This document shows positions 1 through 10,997 of a DNA stretch of 64,000 nucleotides, in pieces. A model generated the notes under the pieces. It did no database searches and had not been told where the DNA came from. It worked only from the letters and a program-made list of their open reading frames with translations. Location: contig OX597820.1 in the NCBI GenBank assembly GCA_951406725.2, positions 45,198,001 through 45,262,000 of the forward strand, given 5' to 3'. Source of the stretch: Octopus vulgaris. Lineage: Eukaryota. The first letter of the stretch is position 1. Every line of letters starts with the position of its first letter. A program made the translations under genes and the position numbers.

Positions 1-795
1 TGGTAATTTGGGGGACGATAAACAATGCCAAGCAGGAGTGTTGACATGGTCATACGTATGTCATAGAAAAAAGCTTCTTCTCGTGATTCGTTCAAATCAG
101 CACAAGGAATTACCGAAAAATTTGAACGAACGTAGACCATCACACCACCACCATGGCAGTTAATGCTGTCCTTGCGGAAAAGGTTGTACCCAGTAATGTT
201 GAAAACCCCATCACAGAGTAAGGAATGTGCCCATGTTTCCGTGACTGTGATGAAGTCAGGGTCAATACTTCTGACGTAGGAGTTGAACAGATGTATTTTG
301 TTGCATAAACTGCGATCATTTAAGGACAACAATTTGTACCCTGCTTGCAGTTTATGATGGTGTGTAGAGGATGGCAGGTTGTTCTGGTTTAGTTTCCCAT
401 AGTTGCTGTAGTTTTTTTTCCATTTTCAGTTATTGTGAGTAGAGAGCACTCAGACCAGGTGGTATCTCTCTTCCACGTTTCACCAGTCTTAACAAATCTC
501 CAGATTTGTCCATCCTCACGAAGACTGAAACTTTCTTGCAGAGCTGAGTTCCGGTTCAGGGAAGCTGCTACACGTAGCTTCGGACGTAAATCGGGTGGTA
601 AGCCTGGGCTTGTTTGGAAGGTAGTCCGATTTTCACGCCCAGCTTTAACTGAGGCCAGATGGTATGAGGTTGCCTCAGCATTGTCTGAAAAAGACAGCTT
701 GATGAGCCTGGTTTTTGGGCCAGGTCGTCCAAGGTGGAGAACACCCATTCGGGGAACGCAGCCTAAGTCTTTGGCTGAGTTGGAGGAAATGCCTG
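1..795 (-). mobile_element. CR1-clade LINE fragment: ORF1 C-terminus plus ORF2 AP-endonuclease, running off the window edge
   Basis: Minus-strand translation near 340..1 gives LLSLNDRSLCNK...ITVTETW...GYNLFRKD...GGGVMVYV...LLGIVYRPP, typical APE motifs. Upstream ORF 389-748 has the CR1 ORF1-like HLGRPGPKTRLIKLSF. Confidence 0.85.
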
Positions 796-858
796 AAGAT
801 TAACCATGTCTTCTGGTACCCCAATGGCAATAACTTCGTGGGTAGCAGAATCCACGTT

Positions 859-1448
859 CTTTAAGGAAGGCCCTTGTGAGAGGATGGGTACCTGTAAGAA
901 GAAATTTAAGTGGCTGTGGTGGATCCCTAGGTGTAGGTAGTTTTACCTCTCCATTTGAACAGCACAATCCCGCTGTTTCTCCTATCCATTTTTTAGCACT
1001 GCAAAATTGACAAGTTTTAGACATGCCGCCAATCTGATTGTGAGGGTGGTCTGCATAATCATTAGTGGGAACATAAGTGAAAGCCTTCAATGACCATTGT
1101 GATTTTATTGCTCTCGAAATACCTTGCTTATTGGCTTTGTACTGAGAAACATCCCCCTAGTCGATTGGATCTGTTATCTGCTGTCGCTGCAGCTCTGGCA
1201 GATGCAGTAGAAGCAGCGTCTCTGCTCAGATGCAGCTCACATTGAGCATCGTTCTCTGCAGCTCTGGCAAATGCCGTAGAGGCAGCATTTCTATTCAGAT
1301 GTAGTTCATGTTGTGCATCGTTCTCAGCAGCTGCAGCCTTTCGGTCTAAACGAAGTCTATGCTGACTATTTTTGTCTGCAGCTTGTACATCTGCATTAAT
1401 TGTTGCATTTCCATTGTTCTGATGTGGAACATTTTCATTATCCAGCAT
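859..1448 (-). mobile_element. Helitron RepHel N-terminal fragment (copy 1)
   Basis: ORF 1128-1448 has A-E-N-D-A-Q-x-E-L-H-L repeats. ORF 800-1090 has IGGMSKTCQFCSAKKWIGETAGLCCSNGEVKLP, the Helitron N-terminal Cys/Zn motif. Confidence 0.85.
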
Positions 1449-1590
1449 TTCATTAATAGAGTGATGACCTGAAGTTATTTATGGTTTAAAATAAAAGAAA
1501 TTGAGCCTCAAAAAAAAAATAATAATAACATGGAAAAACCTTATTTGCCATCTTATGATATTGCTAGTTTCAAAAACAGTGTTTATGTGA

Positions 1591-1660
1591 TAATGTTATA
1601 CAATTGGATAATGTTATACAATTGGATAATGTTATACAATTGGGAATGTTATACAATTGG
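1591..1660. repeat. 18-bp tandem repeat (TAATGTTATACAATTGGA) x~4
   Basis: Seen directly in the sequence. Confidence 0.9.
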
Positions 1661-2330
1661 AGAAGGAATTGGATTGATTTTCCCACCCAGTCTTTTTGTC
1701 CTAGAACAGCGATTTCAAGGATTTTTGTCTCTACCATTTCAAAGCAGATGGCAGAGACTAACCATTGTATTTCAACATCAGGTGGTACATTTTTTATTTG
1801 GACTTTCGTCAGTCTCTGGTTTAAATAGATTGGTATCATTACCAAGTCGTCTGAATGCAGCTCCAATGTGGAGAATCGTTTTGCTAAATTTTCGTTGAGG
1901 AAACGTACTTGGACTGTACCAAATTTATTTCCCCAACTGATAAACTCCTTAGAGTCCCATGTAGGACGAAGGCATTTTTCAATTTTTTCATGCGGTGCAT
2001 TTTCTGGTCGTTTTGTTTTCTTGTTGATGACTTTCTAGATTATTGTCTTTTTTTGTGTGTTTTCCACGATGTGTTGTGGAATGTGAAGATGCAATTTGTC
2101 TCCTTCTTTGGTGAAGAGTGCTTTTGTGAGGTTTATTTCCTGTGTGGTGAATTTTACGATTGCTCGTTTTTGTTTTGTCGCATCCGTGAAGTTCATTTTA
2201 ATATTGGCGGTGTTAGCAGCAGAAGGGTTGGTTGTAGCAGTTGAAGTCGTGGTCATGGTAGTGGTGTTGGTGTTGGCAGTGTTGTCTTTGGTAGGCAACT
2301 TTGAACTTTTGTCAGCACCATTATGTACCA
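1650..2330 (-). mobile_element. L1/Tx1-like LINE ORF1 (gag-like) remnant
   Basis: Frameshifted translation gives FGTVQVRFLNENLAKRF...RLTKVQIKNVPPDVEIQWL, resembling Tx1/L1 ORF1 RRM regions. Confidence 0.5.
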
Positions 2331-2682
2331 GAGAGATTCTGGTATTTCTTAAAGCATGTACAGAATGACTGCAATTAGAATACCCAGGAAAAGCAGGGGC
2401 TAGACTGATGTTTCTGGTTCTTGATGCGTCAGCTTTAAAGCCTTTTGTTGTTGTATTCTTACTTTTTGTCTCGAAATCAATTTTTGCCATTTCGAAATTA
2501 TTGTCATAAACCAACCAAGTTGAATATTCTGACTTACTCCAGATTGTGGATACATAACTCATATGCATAACTTATTGGCACGGATATCAAGGAATGCAGT
2601 ATTTTCATATTTGGTATTTCTATCGTAAGGGTGAAATTTTCTCTCCATTGAAGTTGTGAAAACTATATATCTGTGAAATATA

Positions 2683-3558
2683 CTAGCAGTGTAGCCCGGT
2701 GTTGCTCTGGTTTGTTTTTTAGTTGCACTTAAAACAGCAGACTTTGATGTCACGTTAACACAGCTTTGACATAGTTTCAATCTACGAATAAAAGTATAGT
2801 GTGACGATGCTCGAGTTTGCTCTGAATGTGCTGCAAATGTGTAATACCGACTTCAGTTGTTGGTATTGTTGGCTAAAATTCCTTCTATTAACATTATTCC
2901 ATAGGAGCTGATTCCAAAGCGTATTTAAAGCTCTGAATGTAGCTGTTGTCCTGTGAAGCATTTCTTGCAATTCAAGAAGGGGGCCGATTCTAGCTTGCAG
3001 TTTAGTTGAGTATTTATCGTTTTCATCTGTGAAGGCAAATAAATTTTGCCTTGCTGCTTGTTGAAAGCTGTCTGAAATAAAGTATAGCTGGAGAAATTGC
3101 AGTGGATTATTATCAACAGGCTGTAGAGAGCTGATAAAATGATGCACCTGACCGTGAACTTTAAAAGTTGGTATAAATTCCTTATCAAATTTATAACCGG
3201 ATCCAAATGGGTTCATCTGGAAGGCACAATTGTAATGTCGGATACCTTTAAGGAAGGCCCTTGAGAGAGGATGAGTACGTGTAAGAAGAAATTTAAGTGG
3301 CTGTGGTGGATCCCTAGGTGTAGGTAGTTATACCTTTCCATTTGAATAGCACAATCCCGCTGGTTCACCTATCTATTTTTTAGCACTGCAAAATTGATAA
3401 GTTTTAGACATGCCGCCAATCTGATTGTGAGGGTGGTCTGCATAATCATTAGTGGGAACATAAGTGAAAGCCTTCAATGACCATTGTGATTTTATTGCTC
3501 TTGAAATACCTTGCCTATTGGCTTTGTACTGAGAAACATCCCCCAAGTCGATTGGATC
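2683..3558 (-). mobile_element. Internally deleted Helitron (copy 2) with 3' hairpin and CTAG end
   Basis: ORF 2782-3216 has PTFKVHGQVHHFISSLQP...LQFLQLYF (RepHel). 3247-3558 duplicates 859-1171. The minus-strand 3' end reads ...gagcaacaccgggctacactgCTAG at 2683. Confidence 0.85.
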
Positions 3559-3798
3559 GTGTTTAGCCCCTTGTGGGTAGTAAAGAAATATATATATCGG
3601 GGTGACATTGCTTGCTTTATCCAAGAAACAAATTATCTGAAGAGCCCCAAAAGTATGACGAGTGTTGGAATAAAATAAAATTCATTACCTGAAAAACATG
3701 GGTTGGTGACAGGAAGAGCCTCCATCCTTAGAAAGTTTCATTCTAACCCATGCCAAACATGGAACAACAAACAAATATCAGATGAAAAATAAGGATAC

Positions 3799-4037
3799 CT
3801 GTTTAAGCATATCTCCAAGAGACATACATTCTTTGTTTGGTTTAGAATCTGAATCACTTGTCTTTAGAGCAGGTGGTGGTGGTGGTGGTGGTGGTGGTGG
3901 AGGCGGTGCTACTGCTCGTAGCACTGGTGGTATTGGTGGTGGTGGTGGCGGCGGAACTGAAGTTCTTGGTAAATGTGCTTTTGATGTTGGTGACACTGTA
4001 GAATGATTTGATGTCCCTTCTGATTTGAAAGCTGTGG
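3799..4037 (-). CDS. Internal coding exon of a proline-rich protein (two polyproline tracts, ending CMSLGDMLKQ, a possible WH2-like helix start)
   Basis: Open frame with a pyrimidine-rich acceptor (ttacctccctttgtag) and a CAG|GTATCC donor; phase 1 in, phase 0 out. Partner exons were not identified. Confidence 0.75.
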
Positions 4038-4169
4038 CTACAAAGGGAGGTAAAAAATAAACATAACAGCACACATTTTTTTAATTTATTAAAATTTAGC
4101 AGAAGCAACAGAGTTTGATAAGTACTAGTACACAAAACTCTCAGTCCTTGAGTCACTCTGTTGCTTCTG

Positions 4170-4385
4170 CTAAATATTGATTTCAAAATTTGGCACAAGA
4201 CCAAACCAAGAGGAGGTAAGTCGATCACATCAACCTCAATATTTGACTAGAACTTAATTAATCAACCCCAAAGGAATAAAAGACAAAGTCGACCTAGGCG
4301 GAATTTGAACTCAGAATGCAAAGACAGACAAAATGAAGCTAAACATCTGGCCCGGCATGCAAACAATTCTGCCAGCTCACCACCC
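4170..4385 (-). mobile_element. tRNA-derived SINE (family C, ggcgagctggcagaat head)
   Basis: Matches the copies at 14093, 41793 and 59465; B-box-like gagttcaaattcc. Confidence 0.8.
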
Positions 4386-4399
4386 TGCTTCTGTTAAAC

Positions 4400-4690
4400 A
4401 TCATCATCAACGTCTGCTTTCTATGCTGGCATGGGTTGGACGGTTTGACTGAGAAATGGCAAGCTGAGAGGCTGCACCAGGCTCCAATCTGATTTGACAA
4501 GGTTTCTACTGCTGGATGCCTTTCCTAACACCAACCACCCAGAGAGTGTAGTGGGTGCTTTTACGTGCCACCAGCATGGCAGTCAGTCAAGCGGCACTGG
4601 CATCAGTCACAGTTGAATGGTACTTTGTACGTGCCAGTCAGACAGCAATGGTATCAGCCACACTCAAATGGTGCTTTTTACATACCAATA
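4400..4690 (-). mobile_element. RTE LINE 3' UTR fragment with (GAT)n tail
   Basis: Homologous to 12620-12907. Confidence 0.8.
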
Positions 4691-4809
4691 AAAGGAATAC
4701 ATACTTATGTTTTGAGTTCTATTTTTTCTATTTGCATCACCAAACCTATACACACACACACACACATATATATATATACAGCAGAAGCAACAGAGTTTGT
4801 AAGATGTGG

Positions 4810-5168
4810 TGCAAGTTGACCAAGATTGAGAGTATGATAGAAGAAAGCTTGCTCTTCATTCCGTAGAAGAAAAAATTCAAATCAGACCATGTTAAGACCA
4901 AAAATTATTTACATCAAAAAGGTGCTTTTTTTTCTATGAAAATCCCTATTTTTTTTTACAATTTTTTGACTGCTGTGTCGACATTATCTCTGTGTATTTC
5001 AACCAGAAAAATGTTCACTTAAAGAGAATAACAAGCTACATAATGCAAAATTTTTACTTTTCAAAAAAGATTGAAACTATGTCAAAACTTTGTTAACGCA
5101 ACATCAAAGTCTGCCGTTTTAAGCGCAACTAAAAAACAAACCCGAGCAACGTCGGGCTATACTGCTAG
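4810..5168 (+). mobile_element. Non-autonomous Helitron, 3' part
   Basis: Ends cccgagcaacgtcgggctatactgCTAG-t. The body is homologous to 32740-33025 and to the reverse complement of 2683-2783. Confidence 0.8.
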
Positions 5169-5419
5169 TATATACATATATGCTGCAATACCATTACTTT
5201 TATCTCTTCCTTGCTCCAATCACTCTCACCACCTCTTCTGAAATGTAAGTAGTTACGTATATCCTCTACAGTAAAAGCAATTCGTCTCTTCTGGTTTCTT
5301 CATTGATACTTTAACCCCCTTATCGAGGGTGGAAGGGTGGCCTATCTGACAATCAAAGACTTGGTTTTTGTCTTCTGTTATAATTCTATTTTTATCTTAA
5401 TTAGTTTTGTAGGAATGGC

Positions 5420-5809
5420 TTAACCAGTTAGCAGTTAAACAGGCCATACCCAGTCCAAATATTCTGTATGTTTTATGTTCAAATTGGCCAGATCTGCCTC
5501 TCATATCTATCCTACTGGGGACAACTGAGCCATTGGTCAATCAGGCACAGCCTGAGGGTCCAGAGCTCAGAGGCCAGCACTCTACATGTTAACTCTACTA
5601 AATCAATGCTAAAGGGCCTGATAAACAGTTATGACTCAGGGCCCTTAATTCTCTTAGTCCACCCCTGCTATCCTTCAATGCCATTCTAAAAATAAACAAT
5701 CAGATCATCAAAATCTTGAAGCTACCAGATAATGCATAATTAAATTCAAAGCAATGTGAATTAATAAGCATTACATTTGACAGAATAACCTGAATACTGA
5801 AGGGTTAAA
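5420..5809. mobile_element. TTAA-flanked piggyBac-type MITE carrying a nested hAT-like MITE (~5515-5667)
   Basis: TTAA at both ends; homologous in reverse orientation to 15424-15652. The insert has C(A/T)GGGG-type termini flanked by ctatccta/ctatcctt. Confidence 0.65.
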
Positions 5810-5919
5810 TTAGCCTCAATATTTGATTAATTTGTTATTTTATTAAATAGGAAACGGGGTTTGAACTCAGGATATAATGGTCATAACCAAATATTGCTGA
5901 CCCAGCCCATCCAAATTGC

Positions 5920-6352
5920 CTTGGATCGCAGGACGGCCTGCTGTGCTTACCTTGGATCGTAGGGCAACCTGCTGTGCTTGAGGAGACCTATTGAGTTAAG
6001 TACATCAACATCAAAAAGTCAAATGGAAATTGTAGTTGTGATACCTGTGTCGGTAGCACATAAAAAGCACCATCCGAACGTGGCCGTTGCCAGCGCCGCC
6101 TCGACTGGCCTCCATGCCGGTGACACGTAAAAAGCACCAACCGATTGTGGCCGTTGCCAGCCTCACCTGGCACGTAAAAAGCACCCACTACACTCACGGA
6201 GTGGTTGGCGTTAGGAAGGGCATCCAGCTTTAGAAACACTGCCAGACCAGACCGGAGCCTGGGGCAGCCCCTGGCTCCCCAGACCCCGGTCGAAACCGTC
6301 CAACCCGTGCTAGCGCGGAAAACGGACGTTAAACGACGATGATGATGATGAT
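5920..6352 (+). mobile_element. RTE LINE 3' UTR with (GAT)n tail
   Basis: Same family as 12240-12907 and 21232-21925. Confidence 0.85.
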
Positions 6353-6761
6353 CTGAAAAAGGGCTTTGTCAAAAATTAGAATTGTGATGTGGGTGTGTGT
6401 ATGGCCACGAGTTAGTTAGTTAGTTAGTTAGTTAGTTAATTTGGCTCAAAAGCAAATAGCAAGGCCATGTAGGGGGACATGGAGTTAAGTACAGTGTGTG
6501 TTCGTGAGAGTGTGTCCCTGTGTATGTGTGAGTGAGCGTATGTTTGTGCTTGAACACACACACGAGTGTATGTGTATGTATACACTTGAACTTGTGTGTT
6601 TGTGCACTGGCATCTCTATATATGTGTCAATGTATGAGGTTGCACGGCTTGTATACATAGTCTTTCTTTTTTTCCTATTCCGTTTTTCTCCCCAACCCTC
6701 CTTTGTTCCTTTTTCTTTTTTCCTTTTTTTCCTTCCCTTTTTCCTTTCTCTCTCTCCTACT

Positions 6762-6854
6762 TTCTAAAGGGCCAATCAAACAAGTCCATTTTTAAAGGTG
6801 TATAGCCGTTATTTCTAAAGGGCCAATCAAACAAGTCCATTTTTTAAAGGTGTA
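6762..6854. repeat. ~51-bp tandem duplication
   Basis: ttctaaagggccaatcaaacaagtccatttttaaaggtgta occurs twice. Confidence 0.9.
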
Positions 6855-6902
6855 GCGTTTGTAATAGTCTGAATAGAATTCACATATCGGTTCCATTCTA
6901 GC

Positions 6903-6950
6903 AAAAACTGTCCGACGAGCGGAAACGGGAAACTCAGAGTAACAGGTTTT
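6903..6950 (+). ncRNA. Degenerate minimal type I hammerhead ribozyme (Penelope-like-element associated)
   Basis: ctgt-CCGACGA-gcggaaacgg-GAA-actc-a-gagt-A-acag. Stems I and III pair; core U4 is C and the stem II closing pair is mismatched. Confidence 0.6.
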
Positions 6951-7053
6951 GTTGAATTTTCTGCTGCTTTAAATAAAGCATATTACTCTACCACTGGTAT
7001 TTGAGTACTCTTTTTTCCACCTTGTTTCACATTTATGTGTTTACTCCGGTATA

Positions 7054-7425
7054 TCTCTCTATATATAAACGGCAGTTTGTCTGTGTGTGTTTCTGTGTGT
7101 CTGTTTGGTTGTACCCTCACCCTGATCACGGCTTTCAACCGATTCTGATAAAACTTGACACACACATAGCCCAATGTCATAATTCAAAACTAACGCAGCG
7201 AAAATTTTGAAAAGTTCCCCCAGTTCTGAAAAAAATCGATAAATTCGACATGGGGTCGAGAATCAGAAACACAAACCACAGACTGTCTAGGGGACGCAAC
7301 TCGACCTTTTTAACTAAAAGAAAAAAATTTACCATTTTTTTTTCCATTTTTTGGCTATAACTCTCTAAAAATGCTTTATAGTTATTTCCCTTACAAACCC
7401 GAGCAACGCCGGGCGATACTGCTAG
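7054..7425 (+). mobile_element. Non-autonomous Helitron
   Basis: 5' a|TC start; 3' hairpin cccgagcaacgccggg plus CTAG|t. Confidence 0.85.
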
Positions 7426-9081
7426 TATATATATAAATGATTGTATGTATATATGTGGATCACACTTTTCGATTCAAATTGTTGCTGTCAACTTCTCCCG
7501 AAAAATGAATTCCAGCTAAGCAATATTTAATTTAATTCAGCCCGTATCTACCAGAAATATTTCTATGCAATTGATTGATCTTTGGTTTCCCCTGTTTATC
7601 TCTATTTATGTTATGACTTTTACTTTGTTTATTTCAGCCTCGCCTCATGTTATATATATGTATAATTCATTAGTTCTTCTCAATATATCGTTGTCTCTCT
7701 CATGTCTTGTGTTAAATATATAGTCCTATAGCTCGCCCCCTAATTTTATCGATCAGCCTCACGTCTCGTTAAATATAGAATAAATATTTTTATAATTTTA
7801 TAGCTCCTTATTTTATACCTACTGATAAGTTTTCCTTTCCAGTGGCGCCCACACATGGCTGCTAGTTTTCCTCTTCACATTGTCTTTCTATCTCTTTCGA
7901 TCACCACTCAACTTCCCCTTCACCACCACCCTATATACATTTCACGCTAGCCCCGGAAATAATGGTCACACTTTTCGATTCAAATTGTTGCTGTCAACTT
8001 CGTCCGAAAAATGAATTCCAGCTAAGCAATATTTAATTTAATTCAGCCCGTATCTACCAGAAATATTTCTATGCAATTGATTGATCTTTAGTTTCCCCTG
8101 TTTATCTCTATTTATGTTATGACTCTTACTTTGTTTATTTCAGCCTCGCTTCGTGTTATATATATTTTCCTATAACGGCTAATGTTATTTCTACCACTTT
8201 TCCTGCGGCTGATCACGTCGGTTTATTCTACCTTAAGATTTCTCTTAAGTTATATTATTTATTTAGGCTTTCCTCTGAGTAAGGGAAAATATAATGATTT
8301 ATCGTCACTTATACTAAAGTGTTATCATTGTATCTTTAACCCTAACTGCAGTTGTAACGTCATATAGACATATACGCATGGAACGCTAACTCAACGACTA
8401 TGTATGTTGAATATTTTAATCGTGTCCTTTAAACCGCTATAAGAAACATAAAACAAAGATTACAGAAATGCATATTTATCTATGCTCAGTTGAAAAACAA
8501 ACGTGAAGAGAAACATTTTCTTTTTAATTATTTATTTATATAAATGTAACATTTTATATTTATTTACAAGAAGAAAGATAACTTAGTCGTGAAGAAAAAC
8601 GACTTTAAATTCCTTAGCTAATTTCTTTTTCTATCTAATACGTTAACCAACAAATCAAAATAGATTTGTGATTAACGTAGACATGGCATAAAAATTTACC
8701 GATGTTTCCAAAAGAGTGAGTGTCGTGGAGTTGAATGACTACCGAACGAACACTAAAGTTTCTTCCCAAATCCAGGGTTTTTATAACTGCTCAACCTGAC
8801 CAAAAAGAATCGAAATTCAGGACAAACATTCTTTTCGAAACTTCTAGAATCTTTATACGAGCAGTTACACTAACCAATGGGAAAAGAACGAAAATGACAA
8901 TTCCTCGGCAAAAACATTACGTCATATTGCCAATTCGCGCCACATTTCAAAATGGGTTACTGTCATGCCTTTGGATGTCAGAAGTGAAAGAAGAAAAATC
9001 TGACGTCATTTTGACGTCACACTTTTTCTCGTCCATCTTCGTTTCTTTCCGTATAATTTACGCAAAATCAAAAACGCGTGT

Positions 9082-9660
9082 AAATATATCAAATTAAAAA
9101 ACGCAAATTATTTAGAATGTAAAAATCAAATATATCAAATTAAAAAACGCAAATTATTTAGAATGTAAAAATCAAATATATCAAATTAAAAAACGCAAAT
9201 TATTTAGAATGTAAAAATCAAATATATCAAATTAAAAAACGCAAATTATTTAGAATGTAAAAATCAAATATATCAAATTAAAAAACGCAAATTATTTAGA
9301 ATGTAAAAATCAAATATATCAAATTAAAAAACGCAAATTATTTAGAATGTAAAAATCAAATATATCAAATTAAAAAACGCAAATTATTTAGAATGTAAAA
9401 ATCAAATATATCAAATTCAAAAAACGCAAATTATTTAGAATGTAAAAATCAAATATATCAAATTAAAAAACGCAAATTATTTAGAATGTAAAAATCAAAT
9501 ATATCAAATTAAAAAACGCAAATTATTTAGAATGTAAAAATCAAATATATCAAATTAAAAAACGCAAATTATTTAGAATGTAAAAATCAAATATATCAAA
9601 TTAAAAAACGCAAATTATTTAGAATGTAAAAATCAAATATATCAAATTAATAAACGCAAA
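9082..9660 (+). repeat. 46-bp tandem array, ~12.5 near-identical copies, inside the Merlin left arm
   Basis: Unit aaatatatcaaattaaaaaacgcaaattatttagaatgtaaaaatc. Confidence 0.97.
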
Positions 9661-9860
9661 TTTATTCTTGCATTATTCATTATTGTTTTAAAAAAAGAAA
9701 TCACACCAAAATCTGCACAAATGAACCCCCATGACCATCACCGCGATTACATACACCAATCAGAATGACCACTGACCACCACGTGCGTAATTCAAACTTT
9801 GAAATTTATTCAGTTAGAAACTTTCAGTGTGATATCAACACGTGCTAAACAATTTTTAAT

Positions 9861-10766
9861 ATGGCTTTTGCATATCCAAGTTTAAGAGGAATTAGTCACC
9901 GCGATATTGCCGTCTCCACTGCTACAGCAGCAGATAGCATTAATTGGCTTAAGAGACATGGCCTTTTGAATACCCAGAAAATATGTACATCGTGTGGAGC
10001 TAGCATGAGTGAAGTAGGGAAAAAAAGTATATCTGATGAAGTAATATGGTCGTGTGGAAGGCCTTGTAGAAAATCCGTGTCAATTAGAAAAGGAACATTT
10101 TTAGAAAATAGCAAATTGAAGTGTCAACAAATCATAAATATTTTGTTTTACTGGGCCAAAGAAGATTTAGCAAAAGGAATAGGACAGGAATGTCATTTAG
10201 CAAATGTAGCCATGACAGATTGGAGGAATTTTTGCCGCGATGTATGTGCAGAATATTATGTTGCACAGAATATTAAGCTGGGAGGACCCAACAGAATCGT
10301 AGAGATAGATGAAACCGCGTTTGTTAGGAGAAAATATCATGTTGGCCATCGGGTTAAAACGCAGTGGGTGTTTGGTGCTTTAGAAAGAGATACCAGAAGA
10401 TGTATTTTAGTGGCAGTGGAAGATCGGACAGCGGACACTCTTTTACAGATTATACGAGAGCGTATATTGCCTGGTACAACAATAATTTCCGACCTTTGGC
10501 GTTTGTATAATACACTCAGTCAGCTAGGATACAGACATTTGACCGTGAATCATTCAATAAATTTTGTTGATCCGGTAACATTTGCCACAACCAACCACAT
10601 AGAATGTTTATGGAAACACGTAAAGACTCGAAATAGAAGAGAATGTGGAACAGCCAGAAATTTACTTCAGACCCATCTCATCGAATTCATGTGGCGCTAT
10701 GAATTTAAGGACGATATATTCGGGAAGTTGATAGAGCAAATTCGACAGCTATATCCATGTGTTTGA
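9861..10766 (+). CDS. Merlin/ISXO2-like DDE transposase, 301 aa, uninterrupted
   Basis: Zn-ribbon CTSC...WSCGRPC and SIRKGTF; catalytic motifs VEIDET, IISDLWRLY, HLTVNHS, TNHIECLW, then EFMWR. Confidence 0.95.
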   Translation: MAFAYPSLRGISHRDIAVSTATAADSINWLKRHGLLNTQKICTSCGASMSEVGKKSISDEVIWSCGRPCRKSVSIRKGTFLENSKLKCQQIINILFYWAKEDLAKGIGQECHLANVAMTDWRNFCRDVCAEYYVAQNIKLGGPNRIVEIDETAFVRRKYHVGHRVKTQWVFGALERDTRRCILVAVEDRTADTLLQIIRERILPGTTIISDLWRLYNTLSQLGYRHLTVNHSINFVDPVTFATTNHIECLWKHVKTRNRRECGTARNLLQTHLIEFMWRYEFKDDIFGKLIEQIRQLYPCV

Positions 10767-10861
10767 GTATAAGTATCAAGACAGAATGAGTATCGCATTT
10801 ATTTTTAAACTTAACTTCAAGTTTATATTTTGATAATCTCACCGTTGAAAATGATATTTGA

Positions 10862-10997
10862 AAATAATTTGCGTTTATTAATTTGATATATTTGATTTTT
10901 ACATTCTAAATAATTTGCGTTTATTAATTTGATATATTTGATTTTTACATTCTAAATAATTTGCGTTTATTAATTTGATATATTTGATTTTTACATT
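10862..10997 (-). repeat. ~3 inverted copies of the same 46-bp unit in the Merlin right arm
   Basis: taatttgcgtttattaatttgatatatttgatttttacattctaaa repeats. Confidence 0.95.

Noticed and set aside
4098-4799. 20-bp direct repeat AGCAGAAGCAACAGAGTTTG (4098-4117 and 4780-4799) as a TSD
   Set aside because: The enclosed DNA is several unrelated repeats rather than one element; the repeat is real but its meaning is unclear.
9082-9660. CRISPR-like array
   Set aside because: Head-to-tail identical units with no unique spacers and no cas genes; eukaryotic transposon context.
9861-10766. Bacterial IS1595 contamination
   Set aside because: The element has a TSD within eukaryotic repeats on both sides, consistent with an integrated Merlin.
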